DNA from: the human T2T-CHM13v2.0 reference genome, Homo sapiens
Length of the DNA stretch: 64,000 nucleotides
Direction of reading: 5' to 3'
Assembly: GCA_009914755.4 (NCBI GenBank)
Contig: CP086569.2
Coordinates: forward strand, 29,344,001 to 29,408,000
Positions 24,650-40,500 of this stretch are shown piece after piece. Every line of letters starts with the position of its first letter. Position 1 is the first letter of the stretch. Both the position numbers and the translations under genes were made by a program. Under the pieces are notes generated by a model. The model searched no databases. It saw nothing but the letters and a program-made list of their open reading frames with translations, and was not told the origin of the DNA.

Positions 24650-27600
24650 ATGGAATCAAATCAATGGAATCTAATCAAATGGAATGGAAAGGAATTGAAT
24701 GGAGTAGATGGGATTGGATGGGATTGGAATGAAATGTACTGGAAAAGACTCGAATTTTATGAAACGGAATGGAATGAATTGGAACGGAATGGACTCGAAT
24801 GGAATGGAATGTCATGGAATGGCATCAAATGGAATGGCATCAAATGGAATGGAATCGAATGCAATGGAATGCTATGGAATGGAATGGAATGCATTGGAAT
24901 GGAATGTCCTCTAATGGAATGGATTCGAGTGGAATGGAATCGAATATAATGGAGTCGAATGAAATGGAATTGAAAGGAATGGGATCGAATACAATGGAAT
25001 ATACTGGAATGTAACGTAATGAACTCGAATGTAATTGACTGGAATGGAATGTACATGAATGGAATGTAATCGAATGGAAAGTAATCTAATGGAATAGAAT
25101 CTAATGCAATAAAATCGACTCAAATAGAATAGAATGTAATGGAATGGAGTGCAGTGCAATGGAATGGAATGGAATGGAATGCAATGGAATGGAATGTAAT
25201 GGAATGGAATGGAATGGGATGGAATGGTATGGAATGGATAGTAATGGACTGGAGTGAAATGGACTGGAAAGGAATGGACTCAAATTGAAAGGGCTCGAAA
25301 GGAATGGAGTCAAATGGAATGGTCTGGAATGGAATGAACACGAATGTAATGCAATCCAATAGAATGGAATCGAATGGCATGGAATATAAAGAAATGGAAT
25401 CGAAGAGAATGGAAACAAATGGAATGGAATTGAATGGAATGGAATTGAATGGAATGGGAAGGAATGGAGTGAAATTGTATGCAGTAGAAGAGAATAGAAT
25501 GGAATGCAAGCGAAAGGAAAGGAATGGATTGCAATGGAATGGAATTCATTGGAATGGAAGGGAATGTAGTGTAATGGACAGGCCTGGAATAAAGTGGAAT
25601 GCTACGGTCTCGAATGGAATAAAAATGTATGGAACGGAATGCAATGAAACGGAATCGAATGTCATAGAATGTAATGGAATGCAAAAAAATGGAATCCAAA
25701 ATCATTGACTGGAAAGGCTGTGTGTCGAAAGGAATTGACTCCAATGGAATGGAATCGAATGGAATGGAAGTGAATAGAATCGAACTAAATCGAATGCAAT
25801 GGAATTGATAGGAACGGAATGGAAAGGAATGCAATGATTTGGCATGGAATGGAATCGAATGGCATCGAACGGAATGGAATGGAATGCAATGGAATGGAAT
25901 GTATTAGAATGTAATGAACATTAATGGAATGTACTCGAATGGATTCGACTGGAATGGAATGTTCTAGAAGTGAATGGACTCCAATGGAATGGATTCGAAA
26001 GGAATGGAATCGAACGGAATGGCATCTAATGGAATGGAATTAAATGGAAATGAATCAAATTGAATAGCACGGAATTGAATTGAATGGAATCGAATGCAAT
26101 GGAATCTAATGAAACGGAAAGGAAAGAAATGGAATGGAATGGAATGGGCTGGAATGGAATGGAATCGAAACGAATGGAATGGAATCGAACTGAAGAGACT
26201 GGAATGGAATGCACTGGAATGGAAGGGAGTGTAATGGAAGGTTCTCGAAAAAAATGGAATCGAATGGAATGGAATTGAATGGAACGGAATAGAGTCGAAT
26301 GGAATTGAATGGAATGGAATGGACTAGAGTGAAATGGAATCGAACCACAAGGAATGGACAGGAATAGAATGGTCTCGAATTGAAAGGAATCGTATGGAAT
26401 GGCATCAAACGGAATGGAATGGACAGCCACGGAATGGAATGCACTCGAATGCAATGGAGTCGAAACTAATGGACTGGAATAGAATGGACTCGACTGGTAC
26501 GGACTCCAATGGAATGGAATCGAATGGAAGGGAATCGAACGGAATGGACTCGAAGGGAAAAGACTGCAATGGAAAGGTCTCGAATGGAATGGAAATTAAT
26601 GGAATGGAATGGAATCGAATGAAATGGAGTCAAAAGGAATGGAATCGAATGGCAAGAAATCGAATGTAATGGAATCGCAAGGAATTGATGTGAACGGAAC
26701 GGAATGGAATGGAATCCAAAGGAATGGAATAGAATGGAATGGAATCGAATGGAAAGGACTCGAATGGAAATCACTCGAATAGAATGCAATTTAATAAAAT
26801 AGGATCAAATGTAATGGAATGGAATGGAAAGGAATCGAAATGAAAGGAATGCAGACAGATGGAATGGAATGGAACAGAGAGCAATGGTATAGAATGGAAT
26901 GGAATCATCTGGAATGGAATTGAATGGAATGGAATAATATGAAATGGAATGGAATGGAATGGAATGCCCTTGAATTAAATGGACTGGAATGGAATGGACT
27001 CGAACAGAGTGGAATGGAAAGTGTTGAAATAGAATGGAATGGACTCCTTTGGAATGGTCTAGTATGCAATGCAATCGACTGGCAGGGAATCAAAAGGAAT
27101 GTAATCGAATGGATTGGACTGGAATGCAATGGACTCGAATAGATTGGAAACGGAATGCAAAGGAATGGAATGGAATAGTATGGAATGGAATGGAAAGGAA
27201 TGGAGTGGAATAGACTAGAGTGGAATGGAATGGACTGGAAAGCAATGGACTGGAATGGAACATTCTTGAATGGACTGGAATCAAACGGAATGGAATGCAA
27301 TGCAATCAAATGGCATGGAATAAAATAGAATGAAAGAGAATCAAATGGAATTGAATCGAATGGATTGGAAAGGAATAGAATGGAATGGAATGGAATTGAC
27401 TCAAATGGAATGGACTAGAATGGAATGGATTCGAATGGAAGGCAAAGGAATGGAATCTATTGGAATGGACTGTAATGGAATGGAATGGAAGGGATTGGAA
27501 TGGACTCGAATGGAATGGACTGCAATAGAAAGGATTCGAATGGAATGAAAAAGAATTGAATGGAATAGAACAGAATGGAATCAAATCGAATGAAATGGAA

Positions 27601-28188
27601 TGGAATAGAAAGGAATGGAATGAAATGGAATGGAAAGGATTCGAATGGAATGCAATCGAATGGAATGGAATCGAACGGAATGGAATAAAATGGAAGAAAA
27701 CTGGCAAGAAATGGAATCGAAATGAATGGAGTGTTATGGAACGGACTCAAAAGGAATTGAATGTAATAGAATGGAGTGGAGTGGACTCGAATAAAATGGA
27801 CTGGAATGGAATGAAATCACATGGAATGGGAACGAATGGAATGGAATGGAAAGGAATGGAATCGAATGGAAAGGAATCGAATGGAAGGGAATGAAATTGA
27901 ATCAACAGGAATGGAAGGGAATAGAATAGACGGTAATGGAATGGACTCGAATAGAATGGACACGAATGCTCAAATTGAATGGACTCGAATGGAATGGAAA
28001 CGAAAGGAATGTCATCGAATGGAATTGAATCGATTGGAATGAAATCGCGTAGAATGGAGTGGAATCAAATGGAATTGAATCGAAAGGAAAGGAAGCGAAT
28101 GGACTGAAATGAAATGGAATGGAATTGTATGGAAAGTAATGCAATGGAATAGAATGGAACGAAATTTCACGGAATGGAATCAAACTGA
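24650..28188 (+). repeat. HSat3 HOR unit U4 (3539 bp; subtype B)
   Basis: Anchor period. Near-identical to U3 and U5. Confidence 0.85.
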
Positions 28189-31100
28189 ATGGAATCAAAT
28201 CAATGGAATCTAATCAAATGGAATGGAAAGGAATTGAATGGAGTAGATGGGATTGGATGGGATTGGAATGAAATGTACTGGAAAAGACTCGAATTTTATG
28301 AAACGGAATGGAATGAATTAGAACGGAATGGACTCGAATGGAATGGAATGTCATGGAATGGCATCAAATGGAATGGCATCAAATGGAATGGAATCGAATG
28401 CAATGGAATGCTATGGAATGGAATGGAATGCATTGGAATGGAATGTCCTCTAATGGAATGGATTCGAGTGGAATGGAATCGAATATAATGGAGTCGAATG
28501 AAATGGAATTGAAAGGAATGGGATCGAATACAATGGAATATACTGGAATGTAACGTAATGAACTCGAATGTAATTGACTGGAATGGAATGTACATGAATG
28601 GAATGTAATCGAATGGAAAGTAATCCAATGGAATAGAATCTAATGCAATAAAATCGACTCAAAATAATAGAATGTAATGGAATGGAGTGCAGTGCAATGG
28701 AATGGAATGGAATGGAATGCAATGGAATGGAATGTAAGGGAATGGAATGGAATGGGACGGAATGGTATGGAATGGATAGTAATGGACTGGAGTGAAATGG
28801 ACTGGAAAGGAATGGACTCAAATTGAAAGGGCTCGAAAGGAATGGAGTCAAATGGAATGGTCTGGAATGGAATGAACACGAATGTAATGCAATCCAATAG
28901 AATGGAATCGAATGGCATGGAATATAAAGAAATGGAATCGAAGAGAATGGAAACAAATGGAATGGAATTGAATGGAATGGAATTGAATGGATTGGGAAGG
29001 AATGGAGTGAAATTGTATGCAGTAGAAGAGAATAGAATGGAATGCAAGCGAAAGGAAAGGAATGGATTGCAATGGAATGGAATTCATTGGAATGGAAGGG
29101 AATGTAGTGTAATGGACAGGCCTGGAATAAAGTGGAATGCTACGGTCTCGAATGGAATAAAAATGTATGGAATGGAATGCAATGAAACGGAATCGAATGT
29201 CATAGAATGTAATGGAATGCAAAAAAATGGAATCCAAAATCATTGACTGGAAAGGCTGTGTGTCGAAAGGAATTGACTCCAATGGAATGGAATCGAATGG
29301 AATGGAAGTGAATAGAATCGAACTAAATCGAATGGAATGGAATTGATAGGAACGGAATGGAAAGGAATGCAATGATTTGGCATGGAATGGAATCGAATGG
29401 CATCGAATGGAATGGAATGGAATGCAATGGAATGGAATGTATTAGAATGTAATGAACATTAATGGAATGTACTCGAATGGATTCGACTGGAATGGAATGT
29501 TCTAGAAGTGAATGGACTCCAATGGAATGGATTCGAAAGGAATGGAAACGAACGGAATGGCATCTAATGGAATGGAATTAAATGGAAATGAATCAAATTG
29601 AATAGCACGGAATTGAATTGAATGGAATCGAATGCAATGGAATCTAATGAAACGGAAAGGAAAGGAATGGAATGGAATGGAATGGGCTGGAATGGAATGG
29701 AATCGAAAGGAATGGAATGGAATCGAACTGAAGAGACTGGAATGGAATGCACTGGAATGGAAGGGTGTGTAATGGAAGGTTCTCGAAAAAAATGGAATCG
29801 AATGGAATGGAATTGAATGGAACGGAATAGAGTCGAATGGAATTGAATGGAATGGAATGGACTAGAGTGAAATGGAATCGAACCACAAGGAATGGACAGG
29901 AATAGAATGGTCTCGAATTGAAAGGAATCGTATGGAATGGCATCAAACGGAATGGAATGGACAGCCACGGAATGGAATGCACTCGAATGCAATGGAGTCG
30001 AAACTAATGGACTGGAATAGAATGGACTCGACTGGTACGGACTCCAATGGAATGGAATCGAATGGAAGGGAATCGAACGGAATGGACTCGAAGGGAAAAG
30101 TCTGCAATGGAAAGGTCTCGAATGGAATGGAAATTAATGGAATGGAATGGAATCGAATGAAATGGAGTCAAACGGAATGGAATCGAATGGCAAGAAATCG
30201 AATGGAATGGAATCACAAGGAATTGATGTGAACGGAACGGAATGGAATGGAATCCAAAGGAATGGAATAGAATGGAATGGAATCGAATGGAAAGGACTCG
30301 AATGGAAATCACTCAAATAGAATGCAATTTAATAAAATAGGATCAAATGTAATGGAATGGAATGGAAAGGAATCGAAATGAAAGGAATGCAGACAGATGG
30401 AATGGAATGGAACAGAGAGCAATGGTATAGAATGGAATGGAATCATCTGGAATGGAATTGAATGGAATGGAATAATATGAAATGGAATGGAATGGAATGG
30501 AATGCCCTTGAATTAAATGGACTGGAATGGAATGGACTCGAACAGAGTGGAATGGAAAGTGTTGAAATAGAATGGAATGGACTCCTTTGGAATGGTCTAG
30601 TATGCAATGCAATCGACTGGCAGGGAATCAAAAGGAATGTAATCGAATGGATTGGACTGGAATGCAATGGACTCGAATAGATTGGAAACGGAATGCAAAG
30701 GAATGGAATGGAATAGTATGGAATGGAATGGAAAGGAATGGAGTGGAATAGACTAGAGTGGAATGTAATGGACTGGAAAGCAATGGACTGGAATGGAACT
30801 TTCTTGAATGGACTGGAATCAAACGGAATGGAATGCAATGCAATCAAATGGCATGGAATAAAATAGAATGAAAGAGAATCAAATGGAATTGAATCGAATG
30901 GATTGGAAAGGAATAGAATGGAATGGAATGGAATTGACTCAAATGGAATGGACTAGAATGGAATGGATTCGAATGGAAGGCAAAGGAATGGAATCTATTG
31001 GAATGGACTGTAATGGAATGGAATGGAAGGGATTGGAATGGACTCGAATGGAATGGACTGCAATAGAAAGGATTCGAATGGAATGAAAAAGAATTGAATG

Positions 31101-31726
31101 GAATAGAACAGAATGGAATCAAATCGAATGAAATGGAATGGAATAGAAAGGAATGGAATGAAATGGAATGGAAAGGATTCGAATGGAATGCAATCGAATG
31201 GAATGGAATCGAACGGAATGGAATAAAATGGAAGAAAACTGGCAAGAAATGGAATCGAAATGAATGGAGTGTTATGGAACGGACTCAAAAGGAATTGAAT
31301 GTAATAGAATGGAGTGGAGTGGACTCGAATATAATGGACTGGAATGGAATGAAATCACATGGAATGGGAACGAATGGAATGGAATGGAAAGGAATGGAAT
31401 CGAATGGAAAGGAATCGAATGGAAGGGAATGAAATTGAATCAACAGGAATGGAAGGGAATAGAATAGACGGTAATGGAATGGACTCGAATAGAATGGACA
31501 CGAATGCTCAAATTGAATGGACTCGAATGGAATGGAAACGAAAGGAATGTCATCGAATGGAATTGAATCGATTGGAATGAAATCGCATAGAATGGAGTGG
31601 AATCCAATGGAATTGAATCGAAAGGAAAGGAAGCGAATGGACTGAAATGAAATGGAATGGAATTGAATGGAAAGTAATGCAATGGAATAGAATGGAACGA
31701 AATTTCACGGAATGGAATCAAACTGA
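28189..31726 (+). repeat. HSat3 HOR unit U5 (3538 bp; subtype B)
   Basis: Anchor period. Confidence 0.85.
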
Positions 31727-34700
31727 ATGGAATCAAATCAATGGAATCTAATCAAATGGAATGGAAAGGAATTGAATGGAGTAGATGGGATTGGATGGGA
31801 TTGGAATGAAATGTACAGGAAGAGACTCGAATTTTATGAATCGGAATGGAATGAATTGGAACGGAATGGACTCGAATGGAATGGAATGTCATGGAATGGC
31901 ATCAAATGGAATGGTATCAAATGGAATGGAATCGAATGCAATGGAATGCTATGGAATGGAATGGAATGCATTGGAATGGAATGTCCTCTAATGGAATGGA
32001 TTCGAGTGGAATGGAATCGAATATAATGGAGTCGAATGAAATGGAATTGAAAGGAATGGGATCGAATACAATGGAATATACTGGTATGTAACGTAATGTA
32101 CTCGAATGTAATTGACTGGAATGGAATGTACATGAATGGAATGTAATCGAATGGAAAGTAATCCAATGGAATAGAATCTAATGCAATAAAATCGACTGAA
32201 ATAGAATAGAATGTAATGGAATGGAGTGCAGTGCAATGGAATGGAATGGAATGCAATGCAATGGAATGGAATGTAATGGAATGGAATGGAATGGGATGGA
32301 ATGGTAAGGAATGGATAGTAATGGACTGGAGTGAAATGGACTGGAAAGGAATGGACTCAAATTGAAAGGGCTCGAAAGGAACGGAGTCAAATGGAATGGT
32401 CTGGAATGGAATGAACACGAATGTAATGCAATCCAATAGAATGGAATCGAATGGCATGGAATATAAAGAAATGGAATCGAAGAGAATGGAAACAAATGGA
32501 ATGGAATTGAATGGAATGGAATTGAATGGAATGGGAAGGAATGGAGTGAAATTGTATGCAGTAGAAGAGAATAGAAAGGAATGCAAGCGAAAGGAAAGGA
32601 ATGGATTGCAATGGAATGGAATTCATTGGAATGGAAGGGAATGTAGTGTAATGGACAGGCCTGGAATAAAGTGGAATGCTACGGTCTCGAATGGAATAAA
32701 AATGTATGGAATGGAATGCAATGAAACGGAATCGAATGTCATAGAATGTAATGGAATGCAAAAAAATGGAATCCAAAATCATTGACTGGAAAGGCTGTGT
32801 GTCGAAAGGAATTGAATCCAATGGAATGGAATCGAATGGAATGGAAGTGAATAGAATCGAACTAAATCGAATGGAATGGAATTGATAGGAACGGAATGGA
32901 AAGGAATGCAATGATTTGGCATGGAATGGAATCGAATGGCATCGAATGGAATGGAATGGAATGCAATGGAATGGAATGTATTAGAATGTAATGAACATTA
33001 ATGGAATGTACTCGAATGGATTCGACTGGAATGGAATGTTCTCGATGTGAATGGACTCCAATGGAATGGATTCGAAAGGAATGGAATCGAACGGAATGGC
33101 ATCTAATGGAATGGAATTAAATGGAAATGAATCAAATTGAATAGCACGGAATTGAATTGAATGGAATCGAATGCAATGGAATCTAATGAAACGGAAAGGA
33201 AAGGAATGGAATGGAATGGAATGGGCTGGAATGGAATGGAATCGAAACGAATGGAATGGAATCGAACTGAAGAGACTGGAATGGAATGCACTGGAATGGA
33301 AGGGAGTGTAATAGAAGGTTCTCGAAAAAATTGGAATCGAATGGAATGGAATTGAATGGAACGGAATAGAGTCGAATGGAATTGAATGGAATGGAATGGA
33401 CTAGAGTGAAATGGAATCGAACCACAAGGAATGGACAGGAATAGAATGGTCTCGAATTGAAAGGAATCGTATGGAATGGCATCAAACGGAATGGAATGGA
33501 CAGCCACGGAATGGAATGCACTCGAATGCAATGGAGTCGAAACTAATGGACTGGAATAGAATGGACTCGACTGGTACGGACTCCAATGGAATGGAATCGA
33601 ATGGAAGGGAATTGAACGGAATGGACTCGAAGGGAAAAGACTGCAATGGAAAGATCTCGAATGGAATGGAAATTAATGGAATGGAATGGAATCGAATGAA
33701 ATGGAGTCAAAAGGAATGGAATCGAATGGCAAGAAATCGAATGTAATGGAATCACAAGGAATTGATGTGAAGGGAACGGAATGGAATGGAATCCAAAGGA
33801 ATGGAATAGAATGGAATGGAATCGAATGGAAAGCACTCGAATGGAAATCACTCGAATAGAATTCATTTTAATAAAATAGGATCAAATGTAATGGAATGGA
33901 ATGGAAAGGAATCGAAACGAAATTAATGGAGACAGATGGAATGGAATGGAACAGAGAGCAATGGTATAGAATGGAATGGAATCATCTGGAATGGAATTGA
34001 ATGGAATGGAATAATGTGAAATGGAATGGAATGGAATGGAATGCCCTTGAATTAAATGGACTGGAATGGAATGGACTCGAACAGAGTGGAATGGAAAGTG
34101 TTGAAATAGAATGGAATGGACTCCTTTGGAATGGTCTAGTATGCAATGCAATCGACTGGCAGGGAATCAAAAGGAATGTAATCGAATGGATTGGACTGGA
34201 ATGCAATGGACTCGAATAGATTGGAAACGGAATGCAAAGGAATGGAATGCAATAGTATGGAATGGAATGGAAAGGAATGGAGTGGAATAGACTAGAGTGG
34301 AATGGAATGGACTGGAAAGCAATGGACTGGAATGGAACTTTCTTGAATGGACTGGAATCAAACGGAATGGAATGCAATGCAATCAAATGGCATGGAATAA
34401 AATAGAATGAAAGAGAATCAAATGGAATTGAATTGAATGGAATCGAATGGATTGGAAAGGAATAGAATGGAATGGAATGGAATTGACTCAAATGGAATGG
34501 ACTAGAATGGAATGGATTCGAATGGAAGGCAAAGGAATGGAATCTATTGGAATGGACTGTAATGGAATGGAATGGAAGGGATTGGAATGGACTCGAATGG
34601 AATGGACTGCAATAGAAAGGATTCGAATGGAATGAAAAAGAATTGAATGGAATAGAACAGAATGGAATCAAATCGAATGAAATGGAATGGAATAGAAAGG

Positions 34701-37574
34701 AATGGAATGAAATGGAATGGAAAGGATTCGAATGGAATGCAATCGAATGGAATGCAGTCGAACGGAATGGAATCGAACGGAATGGAATAAAATGGAAGAA
34801 AACTGGCAAGAAATGGAATCGAAATGAATGGAGTGTTATGGGTCGGACTCAAAAGGAATTGAATGTAATAGAATGGAGTGGAGTGGACTCGAATATAATG
34901 GACTGGAATGGAATGAAATCACATGGAATGGGAACGAATGGAATGGAATGGAAATGAATGGAATCGAATGGAAAGGAATCGAATGGAAATCACTCGAATA
35001 GAATGCAATTTAATAAAATAGGATCAAATGTAATGGAATGGAATGGAAAGGAATCGAAACGAAAGGAATGGAGACAGATGCAATGGAATGGAACAGAGAG
35101 CAATGGTATAGAATGCAATGGAATCATCTGGAATGGAATTGAATGGAATGGAATAATATGAAATGGAATGGAATGGAATGGAATGCCCTTGAATTAAATG
35201 GACTGGAATGGAATGGACTCGAACAGAGTGGAATGAAAAGTGTTGAGATAGAATGGAATGGACTCTTTTGGAATGGTCTAGTATGCAATGCAATCGACTG
35301 GCAGGGAATCAAAAGGAATGTAATCGAATGGATTGGACTGGAATGCAATGGACTCGAATAGATTGGAAACGGAATGCAAAGGAATGGAATGGAATAGTAT
35401 GGAATGGAATGGAAAGGAATGGAGTGGAATAGACTAGAGTGGAATGGAATGGACTGGAAAACAATGGACTGGAATGGAACTTTCTTGAATGGACTGGAAT
35501 CAAACGGAATGGAATGCAATGCAATCAAATGGCATGGAATAAAATAGAATGAAAGAGAATCAAATGGAATTGAATCGAATGGAATCGAATGGATTGGAAA
35601 GGAATAGAATGGAATGGAATGGAATTGACTCAAATGGAATGGACTAGAATGGAATGGATTCGAATGGAAGGCAAAGGAATGGAATCTATTGGAATGGACT
35701 GTAATGGAATGGAATGGAAGGGATTGGAATGGACTCGAATGGAATGGACTGCAATAGAAAGGATTCGAATGGAATGAAAAAGAATTGAATGGAATAGAAC
35801 AGAATGGAATCAAATCGAATGAAATGGAATGGAATAGAAAGGAATGGAATGAAATGGAATGGAAAGGATTCGAATGGAATGCAATCGAATGGAATGCAAT
35901 CGAACGGAATGGAATCGAACGGAATGGAATAAAATGGAAGAAAACTGGCAAGAAATGGAATCGAAATGAATGGAGTGTTATGGAACGGACTCAAAAGGAA
36001 TTGAATGTAATAGAATGGAGTGGAGTGGACTCGAATATAATGGACTGGAATGGAATGAAATCACATGGAATGGGAACGAATGGAATGGAATGGAAAGGAA
36101 TGGAATCGAATGGAAAGGAATCGAATGGAAATCACTCGAATAGAATGCAATTTAATAAAATAGGATCAAATGTAATGGAATGGAATGGAAAGGAATCGAA
36201 ACGAAAGGAATGGAGACAGATGGAATGGAATGGAACAGAGAGCAATGGTATAGAATGGAATGGAATCATCAGGAATGGAATTGAATGGAATGGAATAATA
36301 TGAAATGGAATGGAATGGAATGGAATGCCCTTGAATTAAATGGACTGGAATGGAATGGACTCGAACAGAGTGGAATGAAAAGTGTTGAGATAGAATGGAA
36401 TGGACTCTTTTGGAATGGTCTAGTATGCAATGCAATCGACTGGCAGCGAATCAAAAGGAATGTAATCGAATGGATTGGACTGGAATGCAATGGACTCGAA
36501 TAGATTGGAAACGGAATGCAAAGGAATGGAATGGAATAGTATGGAATGGAATGGAAAGGAATGGAGTGGAATAGACTAGAGTGGAATGGAATGGACTGGA
36601 AAGCAATGGACTGGAATGGAACTTTCTTGAATGGACTGGAATCAAACGGAATGGAATGCAATGCAATCAAATGGCATGGAATAAAATAGAATGAAAGAGA
36701 ATCAAATGGAATTGAATCGAATGGAATCGAATGGATTGGAAAGGAATAGAATGGAATGGAATGGAATTGACTCAAATGGAATGGACTAGAATGGAATGGA
36801 TTCGAATGGAAGGCAAAGGAATGGAATCTATTGGAATGGACTGTAATGGAATGGAATGGAAGGGATTGGAATGGACTCGAATGGAATGGACTGCAATAGA
36901 AAGGATTCGAATGGAATGAAAAAGAATTGAATGGAATAGAACAGAATGGAATCAAATCGAATGAAATGGAATGGAATAGAAAGGAATGGAATGAAATGGA
37001 ATGGAAAGGATTCGAATGGAATGCAATCGAATGGAATGCAATCGAACGGAATGGAATCGAACGGAATGGAATAAAATGGAAGAAAACTGGCAAGAAATGG
37101 AATCGAAAGGAATGGAGTGTTATGGAACGGACTCAAAAGGAATTGAATGTAATAGAATGGAGTGGAGTGGACTCGAATATACTGGACTGGAATGGAATGA
37201 AATCACATGGAATGGGAACGAATGGAATGGAATGGAAAGGAATGGAATCGAATGGAAAGGAATCGAATGGAAGGGAATGAAATTGAATCAACAGGAATGG
37301 AAGGGAATTGAATAGACGGTAATGGAATGGACTCGAATAGAATGGACACGAATGCTCAAATTGAATGGACTCGAATGGAATGGAAACGAAAGGAATGTCA
37401 TCGAATGGAATTGAATCGATTGGAATGAAATCGCATGGAATGGAGTGGAATCCAATGGAATTGAATCGAAAGGAAAGGAAGCGAATGGACTGAAATGAAA
37501 TGGAATGGAATGGAATGGAAAGTAATGCAATGGAATAGAATGGAACGAAATTTCACGGAATGGAATCAAACTGA
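31727..37574 (+). repeat. Expanded HSat3 HOR variant U6 (5848 bp): a canonical unit with an internal 1142-bp segment present three times
   Basis: The next anchor is 5848 bp away. The segment beginning ggaaatcactcgaatagaat[g/t]ca[a/t]tttaataaaatagg occurs at ~33844, ~34984 and ~36126 (spacing 1140 and 1142 bp). The track 275-aa minus-strand ORFs at 33982, 35124 and 36269 show the same 1142-bp spacing. Confidence 0.85.
33844..37267 (+). repeat. Three tandem copies of a 1142-bp intra-HOR segment (unit offsets ~2117-3258) inside U6
   Basis: Seen directly. Copy junctions fall at ...gaatggaaaggaatcgaatggaa|atcactcgaatag, inside a short stretch of self-similarity (ggaatcgaatggaaagga[c/a]tcgaatggaa) that is present at both ends of the segment. 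This is the expected footprint of unequal exchange. Confidence 0.8.
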
Positions 37575-40500
37575 ATGGAATCAAATCAATGGAATATAAT
37601 CAAATGGAATGGAAAGGAATTGAATGGAGTAGATGGGATTGGATGGGATTGGAATGAAATGTACTGGAAAAGACTCGAATTTTATGAAACGGAATGGAAT
37701 GAATTGGAACGGAATGGACTCGAATGGAATGGAATGTCATGGAATGGCATCAAATGGAATGGCATCAAATGGAATGGAATCGAATGCAATGGAATGCTAT
37801 GGAATGGAATGGAATGCATTGGAATGGAATGTCCTCTAATGGAATGGATTCGAGTGGAATGGAATCGAATATAATGGAGTCGAATGAAATGGAATTGAAA
37901 GGAATGGGATCGAATACAATGGAATATACTGGAATGTAACGTAATGAACTCGAATGTAATTGACTGGAATGGAATGTACATGAATGGAATGTAATCGAAT
38001 GGAAAGTAATCCAATGGAATAGAATCTAATGCAATAAAATCGACTCAAATAGAATAGAATGTAATGGAATGGAGTGCAGTGCAATGGAATGGAATGGAAT
38101 GGAATTCAATGCAATGGAATGTAATGGAATGGAATGGAATGGGATGGAATGGTATGGAATGGATAGTAATGGACTGGAGTGAAATGGACTGGAAAGGAAT
38201 GGACTCAAATTGAAAGGGCTCGAAAGGAATGGAGTCAAATGGAATGGTCTGGAATGGAATGAACACGAATGTAATGCAATCCAATAGAATGGAATCGAAT
38301 GGCATGGAATATAAAGAAATGGAATCGAAGAGAATGGAAACAAATGGAATGGAATTGAATGGAATGGAATTGAATGGAATGGGAAGGAATGGAGTGAAAT
38401 TGTATGCAGTAGAAGAGAATAGAATGGAATGCAAGCGAAAGGAAAGGAATGGATTTCAATGGAATGGAATTCATTGGAATGGAAGGGAATGTAGTGTAAT
38501 GGACAGGCCTGGAATAAAGTGGAATGCTACGGTCTCGAATGGAATAAAAATGTATGGAATGGAATGCAATGAAACGGAATCGAATGTCATAGAATGTAAT
38601 GGAATGCAAAAAAATGGAATCCAAAATCATTGACTGGAAAGGCTGTGTGTCGAAAGGAATTGACTCCAATGGAATGGAATCGAATGGAATGGAAGTGAAT
38701 AGAATCGAACTAAATCGAATGGAATGGAATTGATAGGAACGGAATGGAAAGGAATGCAATGATTTGGCATGGAATGGAATCGAATGGCATCGAATGGAAT
38801 GGAATGGAATGCAATGGAATGGAATGTATTAGAATGTAATGAACATTAATGGAATGTACTCGAATGGATTCGACTGGAATGGAATGTTCTAGAAGTGAAT
38901 GGACTCCAATGGAATGGATTCGAAAGGAATGGAATCGAACGGAATGACATCTAATGGAATGGAATTAAATGGAAATGAATCAAATTGAATAGCATGGAAT
39001 TGAATTGAATGGAATCGAATGCAATGGAATCTAATGAAACGGAAAGGAAAAGAATGGAATGGAATGGAATGGGCTGGAATGGAATGGAATCGAAACGAAT
39101 GGAATGGAATCGAACTGAAGAGACTGGAATGGAATGCACTGGAATGGAAGGGAGTGTAGTGGAAGGTTCTCGAAAAAAATGGAATCGAATGGAATGGAAT
39201 TGAATGGAACGGAATAGAGTCGAATGGAATTGAATGGAATGGAATGGACTAGAGTGAAATGGAATCGAACCACAAGGAATGGACTGGAATAGAATGGTCT
39301 CGAATTGAAAGGAATCGTATGGAATAGCATCAAACGGAATGGAATGGACAGCCACGGAATGGAATGCACTCGAATGCAATGGAGTCGAAACTAATGGACT
39401 GGAATAGAATGGACTCGACTGGTACGGACTCCAATGTAATGGAATCGAATGGAAGGGAATCGAACGGAATGGACTCGAAGGGAATAGACTGCAATGGAAA
39501 GGTCTCGAATGTAATGGAAATTAATGGAATGGAATGGAATCGAATGAAATGGAGTCAAAAGGAATGGAATCGAATGGCAAGAAATCGAATGGAATGGAAT
39601 CACAAGGAATTGATGTGAACGGAACGGAATGGAATGGAATCCAAAGGAATGGAATAGAATGGAATGGAATCGAATGGAAAGGACTCGAATGGAAATCACT
39701 CGAATAGAATGCAATTTAATAAAATAGGATCAAATGTAATGGAATGGAATGGAAAGGAATCGAAATGAAAGGAATGGAGACAGATGGAATGGAATGGAAC
39801 AGAGAGCAATGGTATAGAATGGAATGGAATCATCTGGAATGGAATTGAATGGAATGGAATAATATGAAATGGAATGGAATGGAATGGAATGCCCTTGAAT
39901 TAAATGGACTGGAATGGAATGGACTCGAACAGAGTGGAATGGAAAGTGTTGAAATAGAATGGAATGGACTCCTTTGGAATGGTCTAGTATGCAATGCAAT
40001 CGACTGGCAGGGAATCAAAAGGAATGTAATCGAATGGATTGGACTGGAATGCAATGGACTCGAATAGATTGGAAACGGAATGCAAAGGAATGGAATGGAA
40101 TAGTATGGAATGGAATGGAAAGGAATGGAGTGGAATAGACTAGAGTGGAATGGAATGGACTGGAAAGCAATGGACTGGAATGGAACTTTCTTGAATGGAC
40201 TGGAATCAAACGGAATGGAATGCAATGCAATCAAATGGCATGGAATAAAATAGAATGAAAGAGAATCAAATGGAATTGAATCGAATGGAATCGAATGGAT
40301 TGGAAAGGAATAGAATGGAATGGAATGGAATTGACTCAAATGGAATGGACTAGAATGGAATGGATTCGAATGGAAGGCAAAGGAATGGAATCTATTGGAA
40401 TGGACTGTAATGGAATGGAATGGAAGGGATTGGAATGGACTCGAATGGAATGGACTGCAATAGAAAGGATTCGAATGGAATGAAAAAGAATTGAATGGAA

